Shown piece after piece: positions 29,796-38,820 of a stretch of DNA of 64,000 nt; within the stretch, counting starts at the first letter, position 1; each line of letters opens with the position of its first letter. The DNA comes from an uncultured virus (IMG/VR IMGVR_UViG_3300027212_000008). Taxonomy: Duplodnaviria; Heunggongvirae; Uroviricota; Caudoviricetes; Crassvirales. The notes under the pieces were generated by a model that saw nothing but the letters and a program-made list of their open reading frames with translations, did not search any database and had not been told where the DNA came from. Location: IMG/VR virus record IMGVR_UViG_3300027212_000008; one strand, given 5' to 3'. Made by a program: the position numbers and the translations under genes.

Positions 29796-30012
29796 AATCT
29801 TTTTCTTTTTTCTTAAGAGGTTTTAATCCTAAGACTATACTTTGGGAATCCCAATCATCTAACAATTGCAATCTTAATTTATTTATTTGATTAAGTATTA
29901 ACAATTCTTTAGTAGTAAATACATCTACATTATAAGCAGCTGACCCCATTATTCTCATTTTAGACCAATTTCTCTTTAATGCAAAATGATGTTTAGTCAG
30001 TTTAGCATTCAT
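29782..30012 (-). CDS. Hypothetical protein (start re-called at 30012)
   Basis: ATG overlaps the stop of the upstream gene; the longer 30084 start would overlap it by 73 nt. Confidence 0.55.
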   Translation of the reverse strand: MNAKLTKHHFALKRNWSKMRIMGSAAYNVDVFTTKELLILNQINKLRLQLLDDWDSQSIVLGLKPLKKKEKDYGED

Positions 30013-30578
30013 TATATAGTCGTGCTGTTCCATTCTTCTTCCTCCTTTCCGTTTTCTTGAATAAATACTTCCCATTGTTCCCATGAACTATTGTTCATTA
30101 CAGTTTCCATATTAGGTAGAAACTCTAATTTACCACTAGACTTTTGTTTAGCTACAAACGCACTTATTGACTCTATAGCTAATTGGTGTTGTTCTGCAGT
30201 TTTAACGCGCGCTAAGTACTTCTTTTCGTGCTTAAGAGCCACCTGTGTACTAGGACCCGATGCTCTAAGCACTCTAGGACCTACTCGCACAGGGTAACAA
30301 TTATAAAATTCCCAGAAATTAATAGCATCACTACGTATTTCAAATAGTTTTTCTACTGCTTTATTACTAACGATAGTCTCTGTAAATTTTGCAGTATGAT
30401 TGCTTAATACAAACTCCGTAGTTACTATAAGTTTATTTCTAAGATTTATAGAATTAGTCTTACCAAATATTATAGCAATATCATCAAACTTTTTATAATA
30501 CAAAAGTTGTAACATCACTGCCATATCTGGAGATAATCCAGATTTCTTTAATAGCTCTAGCGTTAGTTTAATCTCCAT
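30012..30578 (-). CDS. Putative replication initiator / helicase-loader-like protein
   Basis: FWEFYNCYP...FLPNMETVMNNSSW resembles phage replication-protein C-termini; upstream of DnaB. Confidence 0.5.
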   Translation of the reverse strand: MEIKLTLELLKKSGLSPDMAVMLQLLYYKKFDDIAIIFGKTNSINLRNKLIVTTEFVLSNHTAKFTETIVSNKAVEKLFEIRSDAINFWEFYNCYPVRVGPRVLRASGPSTQVALKHEKKYLARVKTAEQHQLAIESISAFVAKQKSSGKLEFLPNMETVMNNSSWEQWEVFIQENGKEEEEWNSTTI

Positions 30579-30580
30579 AC

Positions 30581-30877
30581 TTACAACATTAATAATTCTA
30601 ACAATTCTTCTACATCATAGCAATCGTAGTCTTTCAAATTAATCTCTTCTTTGAGTATTAATTCTCCTATTTCATCTGCTATCATATCTGTTTCTAGAGC
30701 AACCATAAGATTAATTCTAGACTCATCAAACTTAACAAAATCCATAAAATCGTAGTTTATCTTCTTACGAAGTACCATTTCTGCTAGCTGTAGGAGCTTA
30801 TCTTCTTCCACTAATGCCGCAAATCTATTCTGTATAGACTTTTTCCAATCTTCTATATTATCAAATTTCATATCCAT
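30581..30877 (-). CDS. Hypothetical protein
   Basis: 98-aa ORF in operon. Confidence 0.65.
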   Translation of the reverse strand: MDMKFDNIEDWKKSIQNRFAALVEEDKLLQLAEMVLRKKINYDFMDFVKFDESRINLMVALETDMIADEIGELILKEEINLKDYDCYDVEELLELLML

Positions 30878-31953
30878 TGAATTTTAGTTTTTTCAAATCC
30901 TTGTAAAGCAGATGTCATCCATACTTCGTCTTGTGTGTCTTTAAGATATACTATGTAAATCTTAGCCTTAGACTTTCCCTGGAGATTCATTGCCCGCATG
31001 GTTTGTTGAATACATAGACTTTCTACGCTTTTCAACTGATTAAATACTGCTACTTTTAAATTAGGAATAGTAATGCCCATAGAAATCATAGATATGACAG
31101 ATAATTTATTAATCTTGCCTTCCTTAAAATCCTCCAAAGAAGACTTATCAGCTTTACTATGGAAACATCCATCGCCTATTTGATTGGCTATCTCTTGCCT
31201 ACCTGTGAAGACTAAGCATCTATCCGCCATAGAATCTACTATTTCTCTTGTAGCATTTAATTTAGCTCTAGAGTTATAAATAATTCCTGTTCTCTTAGAC
31301 ATTAAGAATCTTAGGTTTTTATACCTGCCTGCGTGTACAGCAGCCTTGTATCTACTATCCCAATAATTATAAGCATCTCTCTCTGTTTGATAGAAAGGAG
31401 TTTCTTCTGTACCCGATAGAACATGTTTGTCTATATCGTCTAGGTCCGTAGCTACACATATTATTTCATAGTCAGCAATGATCTTATCTTTTATAGCTTG
31501 TTCAAAAGTATAGGTATAGAAAGGAGCTATGTTAAGTATATTACTCAAATTAAACTCATCTTGTTGTGTTAAAGTGCCTGTTAATCCTAGGATTCTAGTA
31601 CCTTTTAACTGATGAAATCGTAATTCAGCTAATACTTTTAGATTATAACTATGACACTCGTCAGCTATAATTAAATGATAAGTATCTCTATTTTTCTTTA
31701 AACTATTACTCCACACATAATCTACTTCAACAGTGTCATTTAATCCCCAGGTAATCAGCTCTCTTTTCCAATCCTCTAGAATAGACAATTGAGGTGCTAC
31801 AATTAGCACCTTAATTGCCTTATCCACGGTATTCAATGCATCAATCGTTATTTTGCATTTACCAACACGAGGACTTACAAAGAGAACACCATTAAACCTA
31901 TTGAGTACAACAGCTTTACTAGCTTCTTTTTGTATTTTATCTCGTTTTTTCAT
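30868..31953 (-). CDS. Superfamily 2 helicase
   Basis: PRVGKC, IIADECH, GLTGT, MGITIP, QTMRAM. Confidence 0.88.
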   Translation of the reverse strand: MKKRDKIQKEASKAVVLNRFNGVLFVSPRVGKCKITIDALNTVDKAIKVLIVAPQLSILEDWKRELITWGLNDTVEVDYVWSNSLKKNRDTYHLIIADECHSYNLKVLAELRFHQLKGTRILGLTGTLTQQDEFNLSNILNIAPFYTYTFEQAIKDKIIADYEIICVATDLDDIDKHVLSGTEETPFYQTERDAYNYWDSRYKAAVHAGRYKNLRFLMSKRTGIIYNSRAKLNATREIVDSMADRCLVFTGRQEIANQIGDGCFHSKADKSSLEDFKEGKINKLSVISMISMGITIPNLKVAVFNQLKSVESLCIQQTMRAMNLQGKSKAKIYIVYLKDTQDEVWMTSALQGFEKTKIQWI

Positions 31954-32384
31954 GGTATTAATTGTTTTAATTTATATACAGTAATATGTTTCCATCCATT
32001 AAGATGAATATTAGAAGGAACTGCTTTAGTAAATGTAACTGGGCATACTTTAGTATTCATCCAATCCTTATAATTTAATGCTACTTCTTCTTTAACTTCT
32101 TTACTATTTTCTACAGTTAACAAATGCAATATAGTAGCATGATTTCTTGCTAAAGTTCTAGCAATTTCTGAAGGAGATACTCCTTTATTAATTAATTCTT
32201 TAGCTATAATCTGCCTAACTTCCACTATATAACTATTCTGATATTCAGTAGTTAATTTAAAATACTCGTATATAGGAATTAGTTCTTCTAATAATTTAAT
32301 CTCTTGTTTTAACCCTTCTATTCTTTCTTCAAAAGATTTAAAACTTCCTTTACTTTTTCTACCAACCTTCATTAATGTTTCCAA
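31950..32384 (-). CDS. HTH protein resembling DnaA domain IV
   Basis: RQI...SEIARTLARNHATILH. Confidence 0.65.
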   Translation of the reverse strand: METLMKVGRKSKGSFKSFEERIEGLKQEIKLLEELIPIYEYFKLTTEYQNSYIVEVRQIIAKELINKGVSPSEIARTLARNHATILHLLTVENSKEVKEEVALNYKDWMNTKVCPVTFTKAVPSNIHLNGWKHITVYKLKQLIP

Positions 32385-34381
32385 GTTTTAGTTATCATCG
32401 GTTCTGCCTTAAGTTTGACCACTTTACAGAATACTTCACCTGCTCTTTCCATACATTCCTGTAACACAGGAGCTATAGTACTCGCCATATCTTCTGGACA
32501 TTCTACTATCCATTCATCGTGTACTACATTCGGTAATTTTACCGTAAATACTAGATTATTAGCTACTAAATATCTAAAGAAATATACTCCCGCAAGTTTA
32601 GTAATATCTGCAGAAGAACCCTGAATAGGATAATTTAAAGACATTCTTTCGATATCTCCTTTCTTCATAAAATACTCACGAACTTTTGGTTTAAAATGGT
32701 TCATAAAGATATGGGAATTTTTAGTCTTTTCCAACTTATAACTGTCCCAAAATCCCTCAGTTTCATATATTTCTGCATGCAATCTTTTAAAATCTTCAAA
32801 GAAAGGAACAAAGCATTTTCTACCGCTGACATTGTTAAATTGAATATATCCTAATTTAAGAGCTCTAGCCTTTTCTACTTTAAAATAATTAGCTAATCCA
32901 GGGAATGCTTTAAAGTAAGCTTTATAAACTTCTTCACCTTCAGCCATAGATATGCTTAAGTTTTGAGCAATAGTCATACCTGTACCACCGTAATTGATAG
33001 CAAATCCAGCACCTTTAGCTATCTGTCTTTTGCCTTTATGATTATCTTTTATCTCATCTAGACTTAAATCTCCTAACTCAGGAAATATCTTAGACGCAAT
33101 AAAAGAATGCATATCTCCGAGACCTTTAGCATAAAACTCTAGTAAATCATCATCTAAAGATTTATTAGCAAGTACAATCTGCTCTTGCCCACTATAATCA
33201 CTTACTATTAGTACATTACCTTTCTCTGCTTGAAAACATCCTCTAGTTCTATTATCACTTGGGATATTCTGCATATTAGGCATTTGAGGCATACCTCTTT
33301 TAGGGGCCCCTTTTTGACCACTAGACAGCCTGCCCGTATTCATAATTTGCGTATAGTTACTATGAATCCTTCCTGTTACAGTACTTATATAGTTAAACCA
33401 ATTCTCACCGTAAGTACTAACTACTTTCTGATGCTCAGTATATTCTATATAATTAGAGATAAGAGAGTGTTTTTTTCTCTGGGGCCCTAAGACTTTCTTG
33501 TCTATAGAATCCTTCATCATTCCTGTGTCTTTGTCCTTAGTCAGCGTATCTACGCCTAAAGATTGCATTAAAGGAATAACTTGTTTAGAAGAAGCCCAGT
33601 TAAGTTTGCATTTAATACCCGTAGAAAATAAAGACAACTGATTATCTATATAATTAGAATATTTAGCAGGGTTTTCTAGAATAAAATCATCTAGTACTTG
33701 CTTCACAGCATCTAAATCTTTTAGATCATCGTTACATTTCTCTCTCCATTCTTGAGCATTCATAAACATACCGCAATACTCTATGTATGCTAATACTAAT
33801 ACAAACTCATTATCTAAAGTAGCAGTGCGAGTTAAATTATTCTCTAACAGAGCTACCTCTTGTTTTCTTTTAACCTGATGAAGATATTTAACATCATCAG
33901 CAGCATATTTAATAACTCTAGTAGATAGACCTTCTCGGTGTATATTGCCCCTTATAGTCTTATCTAACTCTATTTTACAATATCTATAAACAACTGCATC
34001 TAGCGATCGTCTAACGGTATCTAAACCTGTAGTTAGAATCCTTTCTACTAAGAAAGTATCAAATATTTTAGTCGGTACAATTGAATAATAATATAGAAAT
34101 CTAAGGTCAAACTTAGCATTGTGCATTATTAACACTTTGCTTTCTAATAACTCCTTATATAACTTGGGGTCTACATTAGAGCAATCAACTACATATTGTC
34201 GTTGTTCATCCCCTAATTGCATACTCAGTAAATCCTTAGTATAAGGATCCATTCCCCTAGTTTCTGTATCAAATCCAATAACTTCTAATGTTTTTAAGTA
34301 TTCTATAGACTCCTCAACAGTAGCCATAGAATAACCAGCAGCCGTAAATAACGACTGCTGGTTAGTTACTAAATAAATCAC
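32372..34381 (-). CDS. polA: Family A DNA polymerase with 3'-5' exonuclease
   Basis: FDTET, HNAKFD, YAADD exonuclease motifs; TGRLSS, DYSGQE, RQIAKGAGFAINYG, NYPIQG, VHDE. Confidence 0.95.
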   Translation of the reverse strand: MIYLVTNQQSLFTAAGYSMATVEESIEYLKTLEVIGFDTETRGMDPYTKDLLSMQLGDEQRQYVVDCSNVDPKLYKELLESKVLIMHNAKFDLRFLYYYSIVPTKIFDTFLVERILTTGLDTVRRSLDAVVYRYCKIELDKTIRGNIHREGLSTRVIKYAADDVKYLHQVKRKQEVALLENNLTRTATLDNEFVLVLAYIEYCGMFMNAQEWREKCNDDLKDLDAVKQVLDDFILENPAKYSNYIDNQLSLFSTGIKCKLNWASSKQVIPLMQSLGVDTLTKDKDTGMMKDSIDKKVLGPQRKKHSLISNYIEYTEHQKVVSTYGENWFNYISTVTGRIHSNYTQIMNTGRLSSGQKGAPKRGMPQMPNMQNIPSDNRTRGCFQAEKGNVLIVSDYSGQEQIVLANKSLDDDLLEFYAKGLGDMHSFIASKIFPELGDLSLDEIKDNHKGKRQIAKGAGFAINYGGTGMTIAQNLSISMAEGEEVYKAYFKAFPGLANYFKVEKARALKLGYIQFNNVSGRKCFVPFFEDFKRLHAEIYETEGFWDSYKLEKTKNSHIFMNHFKPKVREYFMKKGDIERMSLNYPIQGSSADITKLAGVYFFRYLVANNLVFTVKLPNVVHDEWIVECPEDMASTIAPVLQECMERAGEVFCKVVKLKAEPMITKTWKH

Positions 34382-34390
34382 TAGGAATCT

Positions 34391-34582
34391 TTATTTTTTA
34401 CCTTGAAAAGTGATATACGCTTTTGCAAAACGTCTTTGTGGGTATTCACACAAACTACCATCTTTTTTTGTACAAACAACATACAATTGGTCTCCCCAAA
34501 ATTTCCAAAAAGGTTTTTTAGTAGCAACCATCACGATAAATTTACCGTCTTTCTCCTCAATTTTAAATTCTCCGTTTTTCAT
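34391..34582 (-). CDS. Hypothetical protein
   Basis: 63-aa ORF in operon orientation. Confidence 0.6.
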   Translation of the reverse strand: MKNGEFKIEEKDGKFIVMVATKKPFWKFWGDQLYVVCTKKDGSLCEYPQRRFAKAYITFQGKK

Positions 34583-34589
34583 AGCTTAT

Positions 34590-34817
34590 TTATTTATTTG
34601 TTATTGTTTCTGTAACTCCTGTAACTCCTGTTTTACTCCCTTTAGGACTTATAACTAAACACTCAGGTACTACTTTATCTAAAATAGCTGTCCCTTTGCT
34701 AATAGATAATACCTCAACTTCTGTTTTACCTACAGATTCTAATATTGATCTTTCAATATCATTCTCTGGAATAAGTACAATCTTCGTTGTACCATTTAAT
34801 AATACTTCTACTTTCAT
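34590..34817 (-). CDS. Hypothetical protein
   Basis: 75-aa ORF in operon orientation. Confidence 0.65.
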   Translation of the reverse strand: MKVEVLLNGTTKIVLIPENDIERSILESVGKTEVEVLSISKGTAILDKVVPECLVISPKGSKTGVTGVTETITNK

Positions 34818-34835
34818 CTTTTTATTTTTAGATTG

Positions 34836-34943
34836 TTACTCATCCCGATGATCCATGTCGTCCTGGTCATCCATTACTTTTTTTACTAAGATAGCAAGAG
34901 TTATAAGACAAGCTCCTACTACTACTAAACAAATTGTTACCAT
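34836..34943 (-). CDS. Small membrane peptide (35 aa; not in the ORF track)
   Basis: MVTICLVVVGACLITLAILVKKVMDDQDD...; fills the gap between neighbours. Confidence 0.5.
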   Translation of the reverse strand: MVTICLVVVGACLITLAILVKKVMDDQDDMDHRDE

Positions 34944-34945
34944 AA

Positions 34946-35179
34946 TTACCAACTTGTGGTGTTTGTAATACAATAATGTGTACCTACATATGCACTCATC
35001 CAGTCATCAGGTGTCAATACCCAAGTCTTAAAGTTACCACTACAGTCATTCTTAATATCTACTGAATAATCAGCAGCATTATCTGACATTATCTCACCAC
35101 AATTACATGGTGTTACTTCTTTCTTCTCACATGACATTGCTAATAAAGCAACTGCCATAATCATTATTACTTTTTTCAT
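34946..35179 (-). CDS. Small Cys-rich lipoprotein
   Basis: Signal peptide with lipobox LAMSC followed by EKK; four further Cys. Confidence 0.75.
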   Translation of the reverse strand: MKKVIMIMAVALLAMSCEKKEVTPCNCGEIMSDNAADYSVDIKNDCSGNFKTWVLTPDDWMSAYVGTHYCITNTTSW

Positions 35180-35180
35180 A

Positions 35181-35264
35181 CTATTTACGTTTTTTATTAA
35201 TACTTAATCCCAATATTAAACCAGCTATAATTCCAACCATTAACATTACTGTATCTAAATTCAT
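35181..35264 (-). CDS. Small membrane peptide (27 aa; not in the ORF track)
   Basis: MNLDTVMLMVGIIAGLILGLSINKKRK; abuts both neighbours. Confidence 0.5.
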   Translation of the reverse strand: MNLDTVMLMVGIIAGLILGLSINKKRK

Positions 35265-35265
35265 C

Positions 35266-36177
35266 TTATTTTTTTTTAAATTGTTTAATAAATACATCTA
35301 AGCAAGATTTACTATAATTTTGTTCTTGTATCATAAATTTTCTAAATGTATCTAAATCTTCCTCACTATACATTCTTTCATCATACCATTTAATTATATC
35401 AATTAGTGTTTCCATATCTTCATCACTATACATTCTTTCAACTTGCCATTTAGCACCTGCTATAAAACTTTCTCTTTTAGTTCCAATAATAGGTTGTCTA
35501 ACCCATTTTTCAGCAGCTTCTTCTAGTGTTTCTTGTTTAGTAGGATATTTTTCATCCCAACACAATTCACAAATTCCACTTAGGGCTTCTTTATAAGCTC
35601 TTTTACAGTCACAATGTTCTTGTTTAGGTTCTTCTTTCCCACAATCTACACATAATCTTGGATATGGTTGATTCATTGCTTTTGAATATCTACAATTATG
35701 TTTAGGTTCTTCTTGTGGAATTACTATTTTATACTTAGACATATCTGGAAATCCATATTCTTGACCATCATCATTTAATTTCATCTTACCTTTTACAGTT
35801 TCAACTTCCTCACAAGTAGGATTCTTAACAAACCATTCTAAGAACTCATCATCAATACTCTGAACACCATCAGCAATTAAATCTGTATCTGTTGTTAGGA
35901 TGATTTTAGAACCTTCATTATTAAAATCAGTGTATAAAAGTAAATCTTCTTTAGTTATTTTATGAATCCAATCTTTATCAATGTGTTTAACAAATAGTTT
36001 AACCCAATCTCCTTCTTTAATTTCTTCATCAGAAGTGATGTAGATGTGTTGGGTATTTCTTGTATTTGAATATTCTAATTCACAAGTTTCAAGTCTTGTA
36101 CCCTTTTCATCAGTATATAAATGTAACCTACTTGGTTTGTCTGTTGGGATTACCCAGCAATTTTTTGTTTTTTCCAT
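35266..36177 (-). CDS. Mosaic hypothetical protein with repeated short modules
   Basis: EEPK twice, KQE twice, ETLEEAAE, ERMYS.ED twice, small Cys modules. Confidence 0.75.
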   Translation of the reverse strand: MEKTKNCWVIPTDKPSRLHLYTDEKGTRLETCELEYSNTRNTQHIYITSDEEIKEGDWVKLFVKHIDKDWIHKITKEDLLLYTDFNNEGSKIILTTDTDLIADGVQSIDDEFLEWFVKNPTCEEVETVKGKMKLNDDGQEYGFPDMSKYKIVIPQEEPKHNCRYSKAMNQPYPRLCVDCGKEEPKQEHCDCKRAYKEALSGICELCWDEKYPTKQETLEEAAEKWVRQPIIGTKRESFIAGAKWQVERMYSDEDMETLIDIIKWYDERMYSEEDLDTFRKFMIQEQNYSKSCLDVFIKQFKKK

Positions 36178-36179
36178 AA

Positions 36180-36314
36180 CTATTTATTTTTCCATTCTTT
36201 CCATGTGTCAAAGTCCTTGAACTTTTCTATATCTTTCATTATCAAAACTTTAAGTCTCATTGTTACAGCCCACATAATAAACATGCCTGTAAATAATCCT
36301 AATCCAAATTCCAT
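36180..36314 (-). CDS. Small membrane protein (44 aa; not in the ORF track)
   Basis: MEFGLGLFTGMFIMWAV...DFDTWKEWKNK; starts at the junction-repeat ATG. Confidence 0.6.
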   Translation of the reverse strand: MEFGLGLFTGMFIMWAVTMRLKVLIMKDIEKFKDFDTWKEWKNK

Positions 36315-36315
36315 C

Positions 36316-36492
36316 TTATTCTGATTTAGATAATTTGATTTCATCAATTCCCCATTCATTAAATCCTTTGATAAATCCTTTTATAATAATATCTTGTGAT
36401 TCATCATCAAATAGTGTAAGTAAATCATCTGCAGCATTATACCCAATATTGTAACCACTTTGCTCTAGCTCTTCTTTTTCTTCTTTTTCCAT
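36316..36492 (-). CDS. Small acidic protein (58 aa; not in the ORF track)
   Basis: Starts at one junction repeat and ends ...LSKSE* in the next. Confidence 0.65.
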   Translation of the reverse strand: MEKEEKEELEQSGYNIGYNAADDLLTLFDDESQDIIIKGFIKGFNEWGIDEIKLSKSE

Positions 36493-36503
36493 CTTATTCT
36501 GAT

Positions 36504-36575
36504 TTAATATTTACTACTAAGTCCACCAAATAATATCAGTATTCCTATTATTATTATTATTATAACTGTTTTCAT
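36504..36575 (-). CDS. 23-aa hydrophobic peptide or frameshifted cassette
   Basis: MKTVIIIIIIGILILFGGLSSKY*; lies between two junction repeats; a 1-nt shift would give ...VNIKSE*. Confidence 0.4.
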   Translation of the reverse strand: MKTVIIIIIIGILILFGGLSSKY

Positions 36576-36576
36576 C

Positions 36577-37008
36577 TTATTCTGATTTAAAGGTTATAGC
36601 TTCTCTTACTACTTTACCTAACATAGGTTTAACTAAGTTATAAACCTTGTAGCTTTCTTCTTCAGCCCAGGTAATAATTTCTTCTTCTTTAGATTCTACT
36701 GAATAACTATGCCACCATAAAGAATGATGCATCATTTCATGCATAATAAGACCCATTGTTCTTACTGGATCAGTACATCTGGATAGATTAATAAATACAA
36801 ATCTATCATCATTTGATATGTATTCACCTGAAACTTTGGGTACAAAATTACTCCATCCTGCTATGTATGCACTATCTTTTGTATTTTCATATGCTTCACA
36901 TTCTATATATGATAACCCATGCATTTCATCTACATTAAAATAATCAAATATGTCACAAGGATTATAACTCAATAAGAGTATGTATCCATTTCTAAAAATT
37001 GTTATCAT
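36577..37008 (-). CDS. Small zincin-motif protein
   Basis: IMHEMMHH...EE motif; starts and ends (TFKSE*) in junction repeats. Confidence 0.75.
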   Translation of the reverse strand: MITIFRNGYILLLSYNPCDIFDYFNVDEMHGLSYIECEAYENTKDSAYIAGWSNFVPKVSGEYISNDDRFVFINLSRCTDPVRTMGLIMHEMMHHSLWWHSYSVESKEEEIITWAEEESYKVYNLVKPMLGKVVREAITFKSE

Positions 37009-37046
37009 TTTATTCTGATTTAAATTAATTAACTGTTAAAAATAAC

Positions 37047-37251
37047 ATCTAGCTATTATATTAGCTAAATGTAAGTTATAATATTCATCTAGCTAATATA
37101 TTAGCTTTTTTCATAGTATATTATACATTTTTGTCCCAAATTTTAATAAGATTTGGGACAGATTTTTATTGCAAATATTATACATTTTGTGTTACACATT
37201 TTGTGTAATACTTTTTACATTTTACTATGTTTTTGTAAAAAGTATTACACA
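37047..37251. repeat. Cluster of palindromes and inverted repeats
   Basis: agctaatatattagct (37091-37106) and a near copy at 37051; tgtcccaaat/atttgggaca (37132-37160); perfect 18-bp IR at 37202-37219 and 37234-37251. Confidence 0.85.
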
Positions 37252-37370
37252 TTACTGTATTTCATCTTATTCTGATTTAAATTAGTGCCGTATAAAGCAC
37301 TATAGGTTATGTAATTAACTTTTTTGTAGGTTATAATATTCAAATAGGTATTATACAGCACTTTTTAATA

Positions 37371-37787
37371 TTATATTACACATTTTGTGTTATTTAGTCT
37401 ATATGCTATTTCTTTCCTAATAATATCTAAATGCCAATCAGCACCTCCATAATCAAGAACTGCTTTTAGGTAGTCATCATCCATATCACAAATTGGAATC
37501 CAAGTTAATGGTTTATCACCATCTATACCTCTACTACCTCTTGTTGCATATTTTCTTACAATTTCAAAATCATCATCATCATATACACAATGAGTTTTAA
37601 TTTTATTCATGTCTTTTGCACCATACCTTTCATAGTCAGTGCCACCGTCAACCATTGCTTCATTAGGACAACTGCAAATCTTGTAATCATGTCTATGATA
37701 ACTTACAATTGTCTCATTACACTCTTGGCAAGTGACAGAATTATATACTAGCTGTTTCATATCATTTCTATTTAATATATGTGGCAA
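37371..37787 (-). CDS. Zn-finger-containing hypothetical protein (true start probably 37760)
   Basis: CQEC...HDYKICSC...VDGG pattern. Confidence 0.75.
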   Translation of the reverse strand: MPHILNRNDMKQLVYNSVTCQECNETIVSYHRHDYKICSCPNEAMVDGGTDYERYGAKDMNKIKTHCVYDDDDFEIVRKYATRGSRGIDGDKPLTWIPICDMDDDYLKAVLDYGGADWHLDIIRKEIAYRLNNTKCVI

Positions 37788-37790
37788 TTT

Positions 37791-37997
37791 TTACCCCTTA
37801 TTATTAATTGATTTGTTATAAGTTTCATTGTAGTATTGTTCTGCTCTACCCATATTAGGGTCAAAGTTTGTACCCATAGAATCATATACTGCTTTCATTA
37901 TCTGTTGCTTAAATAACTCATTAGCTTCTGCTATATCTGAACTATGAAGTATTCCATTCTCTGCTAGTCTTTCTACTAGTAAATCTATTGGTGTCAT
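37791..37997 (-). CDS. Hypothetical protein
   Basis: 68 aa, AEQYYNETY ending; coupled to the upstream gene. Confidence 0.7.
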   Translation of the reverse strand: MTPIDLLVERLAENGILHSSDIAEANELFKQQIMKAVYDSMGTNFDPNMGRAEQYYNETYNKSINNKG

Positions 37998-38200
37998 AAT
38001 TTTAAAATTTCTTGTTTAACTTTATTCCAATACATCATTGGTTCTCTTATACCTTGTTGGTTTCCAAATTCAATTATCTCATCAACTGCTATTAAAACGC
38101 ATTGTTTTACCATATTTTCAGGATAAGAACTATCTGCACATAGTTGATAATATTTATTTACTAACTCTTTAGCTTTATCTTTTGGTGTCATATTTTTCAT
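37994..38200 (-). CDS. Hypothetical protein
   Basis: MTPKDKAKELV...IAVDEII...YWNKVKQEI. Confidence 0.7.
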   Translation of the reverse strand: MKNMTPKDKAKELVNKYYQLCADSSYPENMVKQCVLIAVDEIIEFGNQQGIREPMMYWNKVKQEILKL

Positions 38201-38334
38201 AGTAAATCGGTTTTAATCCGTTTATGTATAATTTTGTTTACACTAAATGATTTACTGTAACCTAGTATATTTATGAACTAATGCGCTTATTATTATTAAA
38301 ACTACTGCTATTGCGCATATTATTATTGCTTTGC

Positions 38335-38616
38335 TCATGGTTTTTTAAATTTAGGACTACATCCAAATAATATAGTATTCTTAAATGATTGCTTAAGAAT
38401 AACACCTTTTATTTTATAGACTTTAATAGTGTCATCTATTATTTCATCAAACTTAGATTCTTCTATCTCATAATCTAAGAAAGGTATTTCTCTTTGACCA
38501 CGATCATTTGTTGTAGAGTTTTTTAACAATTCATCAAAGGATGCTGAAGGAGTTGCATTTGCGTACAACTCCCTATAACAATGCATTAGTGCTTTATCTA
38601 TGTTTTTATTTGTCAT
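38335..38616 (-). CDS. Hypothetical protein
   Basis: 93-aa ORF overlapping the upstream stop. Confidence 0.65.
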   Translation of the reverse strand: MTNKNIDKALMHCYRELYANATPSASFDELLKNSTTNDRGQREIPFLDYEIEESKFDEIIDDTIKVYKIKGVILKQSFKNTILFGCSPKFKKP

Positions 38617-38815
38617 CTGTAATATCTTTTAATTTTTTCCATATTGTATCAGCTTGTTCTCCCCAATACATTTCACATGTAACTACACCGTCTTTTATCT
38701 TAAAAGGTGGTTCAAAGAAATAACTTTGCATAAATTCACTAGCAGTTGCTGTAAATCTATAACACTTTTCTTTTACTGGGCACCCTGTACCTGGGCACAT
38801 ACTTATATCAGCCAT
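38606..38815 (-). CDS. Small Cys-rich hypothetical protein
   Basis: MADISMC.G..CP.KE.CYRF. Confidence 0.7.
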   Translation of the reverse strand: MADISMCPGTGCPVKEKCYRFTATASEFMQSYFFEPPFKIKDGVVTCEMYWGEQADTIWKKLKDITDDK

Positions 38816-38820
38816 ACTAC

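Larger units (their letters stand above)
36312..37279 (-). repeat. Five copies of the 17-bp gene-junction repeat TAAATCAGAATAAGATG
   Basis: + strand catcttattctgattta at 36312, 36490, 36573, 37263; 1-mismatch copy at 37006. Confidence 0.93.

Noticed and set aside
36312..37279. CRISPR array interpretation of the 17-bp repeats
   Set aside because: Repeat is too short, spacing is irregular (83-433 bp), spacers encode ORFs and no cas genes are present
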